Assembly (NCBI GenBank): GCA_965112735.1
Contig: OZ218954.1
Span: forward strand, 3,472,001 to 3,536,000
Direction of reading: 5' to 3'
Source: Phaeosaccion multiseriatum
Lineage: Eukaryota > Protista > Ochrophyta, other classes
Length of the DNA stretch: 64,000 bases
Shown here in pieces: positions 25,940 to 37,953 of the stretch; the first letter of the stretch is position 1; every line of letters begins with the position of its first letter. Position numbers and translations under genes: made by a program. The notes below the pieces were generated by a model. That model was not told the DNA's origin. It made no database searches and saw nothing but the letters and a program-made list of their open reading frames with translations.

Positions 25940-27190
25940 CGAGACTCTGCAGCACTGGCGGGGCGGAGTCGCATCACATTGGTTTCCCCCTGATTCTCTG
26001 AGTCGGTCGTTTCGCTTCGCTCAACTGCCACCGCCTCAGGCTACCTGTGACCCTCCTCGCTCCTTGGGCGAGTGGGAGAGTCCTACGTAGGCTGAGGCGT
26101 AGGCGCCTGAGCGAGGCGAAGCGAGCGAAGATCCAGGCAGGCCCAGGAAGAGCTCGATCACGTGACGATGCTCCACATTGACATGCGGCGCCAACATTAT
26201 GGATGAGCAATGCACTTGCCTCTCGCTTCGAGGCAAGCCTCTCGAGCACGGGCCGGTCGGAGTCGCATCAGCGTGGTTCCCCTCTTGATTGTCTGAGCAC
26301 GGTCGCTTCGCTTCGCTCAGATGCCACCGCATCAGGCTACGTTCGACCCTTTCATACTCCCTGGGCGAGTGGGAGGGTCCCACGTAGGCTGAGGCGTGGG
26401 CGCCTGAGCGAATCGAAGCGAAGGTGCAGGCTGGAAATATTAAGGGAGCGAGAATACATTGTTCGGTCCTGAAGATCATCAGCGAGCCCGAGCCTCTCGA
26501 GCACGGGCCGGTCGGAGTCGCATCAGCGTTGTTCCCCTCTTGATTGTCTGAGCACGGTCGCTTCGCTTCGCTCAGATGCCACCGCATCAAGCTACGTTCG
26601 ACCCTTTCATACTCCCTGGGCGAGTGGGAGGGTCCCACGTAGGCTGAGGCGTGGGCGCCTGAGCGAATCGAAGCGAAGGTGCAGGCTGGAAATATTAAGG
26701 GAGCGAGAATACATTGTTCGGTCCTGAAGATCATCAGCGAGCCCGAGCCTCTCGAGCACGGGCCGGTCGGAGTCGCATCAGCGTTGTTCCCCTCTTGATT
26801 GTCTGAGCACGGTCGCTTCGCTTCGCTCAGATGCCACCGCATCAAGCTACGTTCGACCCTTTCATACTCCCTGGGCGAGTGGGAGGGTCCCACGTAGGCT
26901 GAGGCGTGGGCGCCTGAGCGAATCGAAGCGAAGGTGCAGGCTGGAAATATTAAGGGAGCGAGAATGCATTGTTCGGTCCTGAAGATCATCAGCGAGCCCG
27001 AGCCTCTCGAGCACGGGCCGGTCGGAGTCGCATCAGCGTGGTTGCCCTCTTGATTGTCTGAGCACGGTCGCTTCGCTTCGCTCAGATGCCACCGCATCAG
27101 GCCACGTTCGATCCTCCTTACTCCTTGGGCGAGTGGGAGGGTCCCACGTAGGCTGAGGCGTGGGCGCCTAAGCGAATCGAAGCGAGCGAA
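25940..27190 (+). repeat. Tandem array of 255-bp units (about 4 near-identical plus 1 diverged), each containing a long imperfect inverted repeat
   Basis: AGCCTCTCGAGCACGGGCC occurs at 26236, 26491, 26746 and 27001 (period 255), with a diverged copy from ~25943. The arms CGCTTCGCTTCGCTCAG... and ...CTGAGCGAATCGAAGCG are complementary over ~58 nt. Confidence 0.92.
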
Positions 27191-27368
27191 GGAGCCGATC
27201 GACGAGCGAAGATTACATTAATTCGTTACGTACGGTCTCATTCAAATACATGTACTTTTCCACCCTCTCATGGCAGTGGAGGGGCCCTCCAACCCCGTCT
27301 CCTGTACCTACCCCCAAAATTATATTCAAAGCCAGCCCCTCATCCCTACGCCGGCTAGCAACCACGCC

Positions 27369-29060
27369 TTATCCCTGCTCCTCATGCGCCCTTACCATCG
27401 CATCCCACAGCATCTTAAAGTCGTCTTCCGTAGACAACTTGATGAACATTACACCATCATCGACACTCTCTGCATCTCGCACCAGCGCCCTGCGCGCCTC
27501 CTCCTTGGACCACAGGGTCACCTCGTAGTCCTGAAACGACTCCGGCGAAAAGTTTGCGCACTTTTTGAGGTCGCTCCAGAGGGGCTGACGGCTCTCCACA
27601 ATCACGGGAACCCTGGAGGTACCCTGCTTCCGCTTTTCATAGTCGGTGAAGAGTGTCTCAAAAATATCCAAGCCAGCGGCTGCATCGTTGCCATCCTCCG
27701 GTTTGACGAGCTTATGCACATCCCTGATGACGAGCACAGGTGGCGTCCTGCCCTCCTCGCAGGCAACACTGTCAAGATGCTCAAGAAATGCTCTGGAATT
27801 GGATGCTGTTCCCCCCTTTGAGGCGACGGCTCTGGCCATGGCTGCCCGCACCATGGCAATAATACCGTCCTGGGACTGGCACTGGAGCTCCTGCATGTAT
27901 CTCGACCACATGAGCTCAGGGAAGTCGTCCGCATTGATCGTGACCCCCTTGAGGTCTACCTCCACCACCAGCCTCCCCTCTGCTCTCCAGTCCTCAATGG
28001 CCTTCAGCATGGTGCGGGTCTTGCCCACCGACTGGCGGCCCCACACCATCAGGACACGATGAGTAGGGTCTTGGGACACGTACGTCTTCAGAGCCTTCAG
28101 GTAGGCGCTGTCGTTGAGACGAGGGAGCCCCTGCGTGCCTGATATAGATGCGAAACGAAGTGAGTGAGCAAGAGAGCATGCCTTCCATACCAGCCCGCGC
28201 CATCGCTTGTACCTGTCCACCGCCTTGAGGGGGGCTCTCCAGCATCTTGCTTCATGTGCAGCACTGAAGACACGCGACGAGTTGGACTTGGAGATGGTAT
28301 GCTCGTCAGGGCCCTCAGCAGGGCTGTTGCAGCTCCCGGGTCCTTTTCCTGCGACAGAGAACGCAGTCCAGCAGGAAAGAAGGCCGGAGCACGGTCTGGG
28401 GAGAAGCAAGGCATATAACACGACCATGTGTCACAGGGTGGGTGGGCAGGCAGGGCATAGCGTGGAGCGCGACAGAGACTGCTAAACACAGCCAGCGAGA
28501 GCCAGCGACACAAGAGCTGAGAGCCGAAGAGGGAGACAGAGACGAACACAGACAGAAGGAGAGGGAGACAGACCCAGAGAGAAACGAGAGGGAGGAAAAA
28601 ACGCACAGAGAGGAACAGAGACAGAGAGGGACGAGAGAGACCGAGAGACAGGGGCAGGAACGTGGAGACAGCAATACCACGCCCCCATCACACCGACACC
28701 ACCCAGAGAGAGAAGGGGAGGGAGAGAGAGAGGGATAGAGATGCAGAGGGAGAGAGAGGGAGAGAGAAAGAGAGAGAGGGAGAGAAAGAAAGAAGAGGGG
28801 GGGGGAGAACCTCGGGGGGGAACCTCACACCCCCATTCACCGAAACCACCTACCCAAAAAGCCCCAGCCCCTACCAGCATCACCACTACAACACTCTCCA
28901 CTCTTCTCTTACCATACTGCTTCATTGTCGTCACCCTGTGCCCTTCCGCTGCGGTGGAGGTGTACCTCACCACATGTCCGCCGAAACGGAAGGCCAGCCC
29001 ATGATAGGCGTTGGTGAATACCGTCAGCAGCCAAAGCACGAGCCCCCACATGATGTACAT
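27369..29060 (-). CDS. P-loop ATPase (archaeal-ATPase/ATPase_2 or AAA_16-like) with an N-terminal signal peptide; 3 exons, C-terminus possibly truncated
   Basis: Exons ~29060-28913, 28395-28213 and 28138-27369 join in phase 1 through GT-AG introns. Walker A VLMVWGRQSVGKT, degenerate Walker B VLVIRDVH, then VPVIVES and YEVTLWSKEEARRAL. Hydrophobic leader MWGLVLWLLTVFTNAYHGLA-F. Confidence 0.7.
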
Positions 29061-29301
29061 GCTGCTCAGGTATGAATCTTTGGGAGACTCACACGACTTG
29101 TAGCATTTATTATTTTTATTTTTTTTTGTGTCAACAAGTGTTTTGACACAAAAGGGCTCATAAAAAAGACCCAAGCTCGTGTGTTGGTGCTTCAGGAGTT
29201 CCCGGGGGGGGCATTCTGCCTTCGTTCTTTTCCCCCCCTCTCCATCTTCCCCTCTCTCCTCTCTCACTCTCATCTCGTCGGGTTGTGTTGGTCCTGTGTC
29301 A

Positions 29302-30420
29302 GGCACGGAGGAGCTGCGCCGCATTAATCACAGCGCCTACTACAAGGTGCCTCGAGGGAGGTGCTGTGATTAATGCGGGGTAGCTCCTCCGTGCCTGACA
29401 TAGAACGAACACAACCCGAAGAGGAAAAAAGAGGCATACCAGCCCGCGGCATGGCTCGTACCCCCCCCGCGTCTCATGGTCTCCCCATAATTACAATGCC
29501 ATAATGGCCTCCCCTCTAGAGGAGTACGTGTAGGCGGAACATGGTGGGAAAGACGCGCACCATCCAGGATGCCATCGAAGAATGGAGAGAGTAGATGGGA
29601 GGCCGGTGGAGGAGTGGACCTCAAGGGGGTCCATTGAAGAAGTGATGGACCTGGGCATACACTCGGTTGTCTCCCAGAGTGCCGCTGACGTTGTCCTGCC
29701 GGTACTTAAGGACTCGCCAGGGATCGCCCCTTACACGAAGCTGCTGGAGGAGTTGGAGAGAAGGGCAATGAAGAAGGGCAAGAAGCCACCAGTGCTCATC
29801 ATAACGGAGCTGCACAAGCTCATCACACAGGAGGGTGGTTAGGAGACCGGTGATTGTGGAGACCTCCGAGTGTATCGTGAGCTACCTCCAAGCGCAAGTG
29901 ACGTCTCCGCCGCAGTCTTTAAGATGGAAGAGGTGACTGTGTGGCCCAAGGAAGAGGCGAGAAAGGAGCTGATGTGAGCTGCACAGCCTCTCCATGATGA
30001 CAGGCGCACCGAGCGAGTTCTCTACGAACAATATGATGTGTTTGAGAAGCTGTGGAATGCGGGCGATGGAGGGGGCATGCGGGGGAGCTCTTCGACGTGC
30101 ACTTCAGCCTTCCCTTGGGTAAGACTCTGGAGCAGGCCCTGGAAGACAAGCGGAGAGGAGTGAAGGAGGGGATTTTGCAGCTTTCTTGAATGTGCCGGGT
30201 TCAAGCTGAAGCGTGGGCTAGCTGCTACCGACGATTGTCGCCTCCGTGTGGTCATGAAGCTTCGTGGGTCTCCTCTGCAGCTTCCCGTCCGCGATGTGAA
30301 GGACACGTCGGAGAAGGACAGCGTTTACGTACCTGCTGCAGAAGAGTGTGATGTGGTTGGTTGGATGAGGACAGCGAGACCATTGCTCCTTTGCACAGAG
30401 AAGTCATGAGACAGCCATCA
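29302..30420 (+). pseudogene. Degenerate paralogue of the neighbouring P-loop ATPase, in inverted orientation
   Basis: Same exon start (TCAG|GCACG). Fragments GTEELRRINHSAYYK, VGKTRTIQDAIEEWRE*, VDLKG, PPVLIITELHKL, VTVWPKEEARKEL and GHAGELFDVH are interrupted by stops and frameshifts. Confidence 0.75.
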
Positions 30421-31324
30421 AAGCAAAAGTGGAGAGGAGGCAGAGAGCGTGTAGTCATCGCGTCAAGGAAGAAGCGGAGAGAGGAGGAAGAAGATGCATG
30501 AGGCAGCGATACCCGAGGCTAAGAAGGTATAGAGGGTGGGAGCTGCGGTGCTCCGATCTTCCACTGGGGCGGGAGATAGGTGATACAGCAGCAGCGATTA
30601 CTCTGAGCCGTTACCCCAGCCTCTGGCGGCCAAGCCCCCCGATAGTTGCGCATATGGTAGGGAGCATCTCCTCCTGTTGGTGTGTGAGCCAGGGTAATGG
30701 TGCCCCTTCTCAGCGCCACTCCTTGCCCAATAGCCTACAGCTCACTCCAAGCCCCTCACTAAGAAGAGATACTTGTTGAGAGCAAGCGCTGAAATGCCTT
30801 ACATGTACCAGCCCAAGATGTGTGTGTTGAGAGCAAGCGCTGAAATGCCTTGCCAGCGCCTCTGCGCCTTCTCCATAGCAAAGTGCTTCTGTCTGTCCGA
30901 CGGCGTTGGAGCGCGTTTGCTCCTGCTCATGGAAGTGCGTCTTTGGTGGTACCGTGCCCTACGCGGGGCAACGATGTATATACTTCAAAAAATTAATCGA
31001 CTCGGAGGAGAGGTAGTCCCTCCCTCCCTCTCTATCTCTGCTGCTGCCGCTGCTGCTGCTGCTGCCTGGCGGTTTGCTCCCCCTCCACCCATATAAGCAA
31101 CTATCCCAACCAGGCAGCCACCCCAACAACCACATGGCCACCCCACCCCAACCCAACCCAGCCCTGCCACAAGCAACAATATCAACAACGACAAGGACAA
31201 CAACCAAAACAACAACAACGACGACGACGACGACAACAACAACGACACGAAAACAACAACAACAACAACACTAGCACAACAACAATAACAACAACAACAG
31301 CGACAACGAAAACAAAAACAACTC

Positions 31325-31715
31325 CTACTGCGCCACAGCTGTCGAAGTGCTCGGGAACAAAATGTTGGGGAACTTCTTGCTCACCACCACAAACTCATCG
31401 AAGCTCAACGAGCCGCTACCGTCCGCATCAGCCTGCCGCATAATGGTCTGAGCCTTCTTGATGACGCTTTTGGCGCCCATCATGTGGTTGGCTTTCAACA
31501 CATCCACCAGCTCGTTCATACTCAAAAAGCCGCTGCGGTCCTCGTCGTAGAGCTCGAAGATGAATTGCGTCCGCTTCTCCTTGGGGTAGTCCACATAGTT
31601 CCCGATACCCAGCAGGAACTCCTGCGTGTGGAGGGGGGAGGAGAAGGAGCCCATGGGTGGGTGTGTATAGGTGGGTGGGTGGGTTTGGGTGGGTGCGTAT
31701 GTGTGTGCGTGTGCA

Positions 31716-31775
<60 letters not shown>

Positions 31776-31840
31776 TGTGTGTGTGTGTGTGTGCGTGTGC
31801 ATGTGCGTGTGTGTGTGTGTGTGTGTGTGTGCGTGTGTGT

Positions 31841-31878
<38 letters not shown>

Positions 31879-31893
31879 GCATGTGCGTATGTA

Positions 31894-31924
<31 letters not shown>

Positions 31925-31927
31925 GTA

Positions 31928-31964
<37 letters not shown>

Positions 31965-34900
31965 CGGGGAGATTCAAGAGAGATCAGTGCCACGCCATGG
32001 AGAGGAAAGGAGCTCATAACGGCTTTGGGTCCGTCATCTATCTAGCATCTCGATCCCTTCGACTTTCACCTTTCAAGCAACTCACCTTCATGTCGATCTT
32101 GTCCTCCCCGCCGTCCTCCTCCTCCACATTGTAAAGCTTAAACAACTTGCGGTACTGCCCTGTCGGCTCAATGTTCATCACCTCCACCCACGCGTCAAAG
32201 TTCACCAGTCCATTCTCATCCACCTTCGCCGATCCCACTAACTTTCTGTAACGGTCGACGCTGAGCTCGAGTTCGGCCACCCCAATCTCGTTCTCCAAGA
32301 CAAACTCGTTTATGAGCCATTTTTTGGCGTTCCGGGCCTCCATTTCGGCCATTCGATCGCTCGCACCCGCGCCCTCTCCAAGTCTGTGGGGTAGGGGGAG
32401 GAGGCACACGTGCACACACACGTACGTACGAGAAGACGTGCACACACGCAGATGTAGCGATAAGGAGAGGGTGACAATGGGGCGGAGAGGGGGGGGGGAG
32501 GGAGAGAGAGAGGGAGAGAAAGGAAGGGGTGGGAGAGAGAGAGAGAGAGAGGGGGAGGGAGAGAGAGAGGGAGAGAAAGGAAGGGGTGGGAGAGACGTGG
32601 GGAGGGAGGGAGCGAGGGAACGATAGGAGGGAGGGGGAGGAGAGGGAGTGAGTGAGTGAGGGAACGATAGGAGGGAGGGGGAGGAGAGAGAGTGAGTGAG
32701 GGGACGATAGGAGGGAGGGGGAGGAGAGAGAGTGAGTGAGTGAGGGAACGATAGGAGGGAGGGGGAGGAGAGGGAGGGAGTGAGGGAACGATAGGAGGGA
32801 GGGGGAGGAGAGGGAGTGAGTGAGGGAACGATAGGAGGGAGGGGGAGGAGAGGGAGTGAGTGAGGGAACGATAGGAGGGAGGGGGAGGAGAGGGAGTGAG
32901 TGAGGGAACGATAGGAGGGAGGGGGAGGAGAGGGAGTGAGTGAGGGAACGATAGGAGGGAGGGGGAGGAGAGGGAGTGAGTGAGTGAGGGAAGAGAGCAG
33001 AGAGCTCCCCGGTAGGACAAAAAAAGAGGATGTCAGCGCAGACTGCGAGCTGGAAGCTGTCTTTCCTCGGTAAGTTCGAAGATATTGAGGTTAAGACGAG
33101 GATGGGGAAGACGTATGGTAAGATTACATAAGAGGAGATAAGATGAAACAGTCGTATATATATATATTATATATATATATATATATAGAGTACTTACCCT
33201 CCGGTGACGCCCCCCGCTATCCTTTCTGCAGTGTTAAAGTCCTGCCTGCTCGGGTCGGGATCGGTCACTAAGGCGTAGAACTCCTCGTAGCTCACCTGGA
33301 GGCGTATGGGCAGGCATACAGAGGCATACAGGCATTCAAGCATACGGACATACCGACACAGAGGGGCATACAGACATACAGATATACGGGGGCATACAGG
33401 GACATACAGGCATACAGGCATATAGAGGCATACAGAGGCATATAGGCACATACAGGCATACAGAGGCATACAGGCATACAGAGGCATACAGGCATACAGG
33501 CATACAGGCATACAGGCATGCAGATGTACAGATATACACGGGCATACAGGCATACAGGGCATACAGGTGGATATGGGCAGGGAAAAGAGATACTAATTCG
33601 AGGCGCATACAGGAGCATATCGGTGGGAATGGTGACGGTACTGACCGCCCTCCTGACACCCGGTACAACTACAGATGGACTGCTCTCCTGACACCATTTA
33701 CACTTTACTCTACAACCTACACAGTGACAGCCGGTACTGACACTAACCACCTACCCTCCTGAGTCCTGACACTTGAGTACAAATCCTGACACCTATGACT
33801 GACTGACTCACCTGTCCATCCCCGTCGGAGTCAACCATGTAAATCATCATGTCGACTTCCTCGTCCGTGATGAGCTCACCCATACAGATCAGAATGTGCC
33901 GCAGCTCCGCCGCGCCTGGGTGGGGGGAGGGAGATGGCAGTGGATGGTAGTAGATAGAGAGGAAGGGAGGGGGGGGGGGGGGCAGTCAAGGCGATGACAG
34001 TGGGTGGTAGTGGATGGAGAGGGAGGGGAGCAAAGAGGGTGATGGTTTGCTTGCGGCGAGCGGTCCACATACACACACACACACACACCACCTACCAATG
34101 AAGCTGTTGTTGTCGAGGTCAAGGAAGCGAAAGGCCGCTTCAATCTCGGCGTCGCTAAACTCATCCGTTTTGGGCACTGCGGCCTTCTCGGACGCGTCAA
34201 AGTCCTCGGTTTGCCCCCCTCCCCCCGCCTCACTGGCGAGGGCTAGAACTCCACCCTCTCCGTCCTCCTTCTCATCCCCCTTGACAGCCTAGAGGAGGGA
34301 AAGGGGGTGAGAGAGTAGGTAGGAGCAGAAGGGAAGAGAGGGAGAGAAGGGAGGGGGGTTGGGGGGGGTAAGGAGGGAGGGTGAGGGTGAGAGAAGAGGT
34401 GGAGAGTACGGGTGCAATGCCTGAGAGCAGCCAACAACCTGCACTGCATCCCGCAGCACCATACACCAGAAAGTTCAACTTGCCATGTCATCTTCACCAC
34501 CTTCAACCGCAGCACCATACACCAGAAAGTTCAACTTGCCATGTCATCTTCACCATCTTCAACACTTTAGTCCGACCCACAAACCTCACAAACTCAAAAA
34601 ACTCCCAACTCCAACTGGAAACTCACCACGACATCATTGTCCATGTCAAGCACAGACCCCACTCTTTGCGCTTCGTCGAACGTGTCCACCCCGGGGCGGT
34701 GCTGAGGATAAGCCACCCCGGGGGGCGCGGAGAAATCCAGCGCCAGAAACACTTCCCCTGCAGGCTTGGGTGCACCAAAGGGGCTGGGGAGGGAAAGGGG
34801 CACCCATTGCTCTACCTTGCCTTTGCGAAACACGTTCAGGAGCGAGAAGAGAGCCTGACCAATGAGCGGGTCCTCGCTAATCAAGTCGTGATGAAACACT

Positions 34901-35857
34901 TCAATGCTCAGCTGGTAGTGATCCACCACGTCCATTTTGAGCGCCTCGTTCCAGACCGGCTCCGTGCCTCCATCCTTGTCGGTGTGCGTCTTACGGGTCA
35001 ACGCCATGGCGTTTCCATCGACCTTGAGTTGTACATAGGGATCCTGTCGACCCGAAGACACGGCCTCTCTCAGCCGCCGTGCCGACTTGACGGTTACAGT
35101 CAACTGCCCCGCGGGCAAGAACAACACCTTCAGCAACACCTCTCCCCTCTTGTCCTCAGCACTGGTGGCTCCGGGTGGCAAGAGGGTGAGAAGCGTCTCT
35201 TTGGCCGTGTCGGGAGCCACCTGCATGAAAGGTAAGAGGCTGAAGGTGGTCGCTCCGACGACGGCGTCCGTGCCCAGGTCCTCACTCATCACCGTGAGCG
35301 TTACGCTATGTTGCCAGTTGGTACGGTCCACCCACATGAGCACGTCCTCCTCCTGGAAGTAAGGGTCCATCCCGCCGCCCTTTACGGTGCTGCTCTTCTT
35401 TTGATACTTCTCCCCCATATTGAACATTACGTACGGGTTCATGTTGCTGCCCTCTTCCCCGGCCAGAGCACGTCCCTCAAAGAGCTTGAACACAGCCATC
35501 CCCACCTTCGTCTCCTCGAAGTGTAGCTCCAGCTGCAGCTTGGCGGACGACGACGGAATGGCATCACCTCCCCTCCCTTCCTTCCTGTTTTTCTCTTGCC
35601 GCTCCTTGTCTTCCGCTGACTTATGATCGTCGGCCATCTCTAACGGCAGCCACTCTGCAGTCGGGCTCTGTGACTCGAGGAAACGAAGCACAGAGAGCTT
35701 GACGGAGGCAATGAGGTCGTCGCTCCAAGCGTTGTCGTCCCAAACTTGCACCTATGCGTTATAGGGTATAGAGAGTGCACGAGAGAGTTCGTTATAGGGT
35801 ATAGCCATTGCCAATGGTGCCCTGTGGCTGTATCACCAACAGCTGTGTGGGGTTTGC

Positions 35858-35890
<33 letters not shown>

Positions 35891-37922
35891 ACCTGCAGAC
35901 AAATGTCCCCCTTGGCATCCAAAAAGTCGCTGACGTCAAGAATATCGAACACCACTTCCTCATTCTTGAACTGCGGCGCTGCGGAGCTCTTCTTGGCCAC
36001 CTGGGTCTGTCCCGAGGGGGCCTTCTTCTGCGACCCCAGTGTGAGTTTTAGGTAGGCGTCCATGGTGGCCGGCTTGCTGTTGAGCGTCTTTTTCCGAATG
36101 TCCATCCCCTGTATACATCGCACCGTCAACCGCCCCGGCCGTACGTAATCCGGCACGTCGCCAATTGGAATACCGCCTCCTCCTCCCCCATCAACACTCC
36201 CTCCTCCTCCGGTTATAAGGGCCCTGTCGTCTGCATTGAGCTCTGCCTGGGGCATCTCTGCGAGGGCCTCAAGAAGGGCGTCTTGCTCCTTTGCCTCTGC
36301 ATTGGCCCCTTTCTGTAACTGTTCCCCTTCTTCTTCTTGCCCTTCCTCTGGGGGAGGGCCTTCGGGTGGAGGCGGCACGTCATCTTCGTCTGCAGTGGAG
36401 AGAGTGACAGAGAGAGGGACAGAGAGTGGGACAGAGAGTGGGGGACAGAGAGGGACCGAGGGACAGAGGGGCAGGGGGACATCGAGAGGGATGAGAGAGA
36501 ACGAGGGACAGAGATGGAGGTGCAGAGAGAGGGAGAGAGGCAGACAGAGAGAGAGAGGCGGACACAGAGAGAGAGGGAGAGAGAGGGAGAAAGGCAGACG
36601 GAGAGAGAGAGAGAGAGAGAGGGAGGAGGGGGAGCGAGAGGGTGAGGCAGAGTGCAGCGGGAGAAGGGGGAGCGAGAGGGTGAGGCAGAGTTCAGCGGTC
36701 GCCGCCGTCCCTCCGCTCATCGTTGGTTGCCGCTTCTGCTCGCGGTGCGGGGGTGTGCGAGCAGCGTGTGTAGGGAGGATGACAATTGATGCCAACACAC
36801 AGTGGGGAGGATGGCAATTGATGCCAACAAACAGTCCCACAATGAATGCCTCTGTCCCTAAGGTCTCTTGCCTACCTTGAGTGTCTGTCTTCACCCCACT
36901 CACACACTCAGTCACCTCTTCCCTCACTCACTCACTCACTCACTCACTCACCTACTGACTAGCTCACTCCCTCACTCACTTACCTACTGACTAACTCACC
37001 CACTCACTCACTCACCCACTCACTCACTCACTCACTCACTCACTCACTCACTCACCTACTGACTAGCTCACTCCCTCACTCACTTACCTACTGACTAACT
37101 CACTCACTCACTCACTTACTCACTCACCCACTCACTCACCTACCTACTGACTAACTTACTCACTCACTCACCCACTTCACCTCTTCCCTCACTTACTCGC
37201 TCACTCACGCTCTCACAAAGACTAACTGACTCACTGACTCACTCACTCACTCACCCCTACAGTCACAACCTCACTTACTCACTCACTCACTCCCTCACTC
37301 CATCCCTCACACACTTCCCTCTCTCATTCACTCACTCCCTCCCTCCCTCCCTCATTCCCTCGCTCACTCACTCCCTTCCTCACACACTCACTCCCTCACT
37401 CCCTCCCTCACACACTGACTCACTCACTCACCGTCGTCCGTGTCAATCGCCTCTGTTTGTGCCTCAGGCCCAGGAGGAGGGGCCTTCTCCGACGGCGGGC
37501 CAGGGCGCCCCGAGGGGGGAGGGCTCTGGGGGGGTGACCTTCCTTTCGGTGCCCCGGGTGGGGGAGCCCTTCCTGTGGGAGCCCCCGGGGGCGGCGCCCT
37601 TCCTCGGGGGGCGCCTCTCGGTGTGGTTCCCGGGGTGCTCCCTCCTGGGGAAGTCGGTGCTGCTACTTGCCCTCCTTCTCCTCCTCCTGCCCCCCCTTCT
37701 GCTGTGCTACTATTCGCATTCGCGCTGACTCCGTTTCCCCCTTCTACCCCACCCTTTTCTCCTCGTCCTCCTCCTCCTCCTCCTCCTCCTCCTCCTCCTG
37801 CGGCGTTTGCTTGTGGTGGTGGCGACCCGGGCGGTGCTTTCGGTGGTGGTGATCCCGGGGGTGCTTTTGGTGGCGGAGACCCCGGGGGGGACCTGGGGGG
37901 AGGACTCCCTGGTGGGCCTGCG

Positions 37923-37953
<31 letters not shown>

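Noticed and set aside
26440-26500. Hammerhead ribozyme core (CTGAAGA on +, CTGATGA...GGACCGAAC on -) in each repeat unit
   Set aside because: The GAAA/UH elements and stems I-III could not be assembled canonically (GAAC instead of GAAA; C instead of U16.1). An Infernal search is still worthwhile.
26036-27097. 353-aa ORF made of 85-aa repeats
   Set aside because: It is a by-product of the 255-bp (multiple of 3) DNA repeat. It shows no protein-like motif, and the nucleotide hairpin explains the conservation better.
30773-30852. 27-bp direct repeat TGTTGAGAGCAAGCGCTGAAATGCCTT x2 (also a ~57-bp duplication at 34451-34560)
   Set aside because: Only two copies each, so simple local duplications with no further structure.
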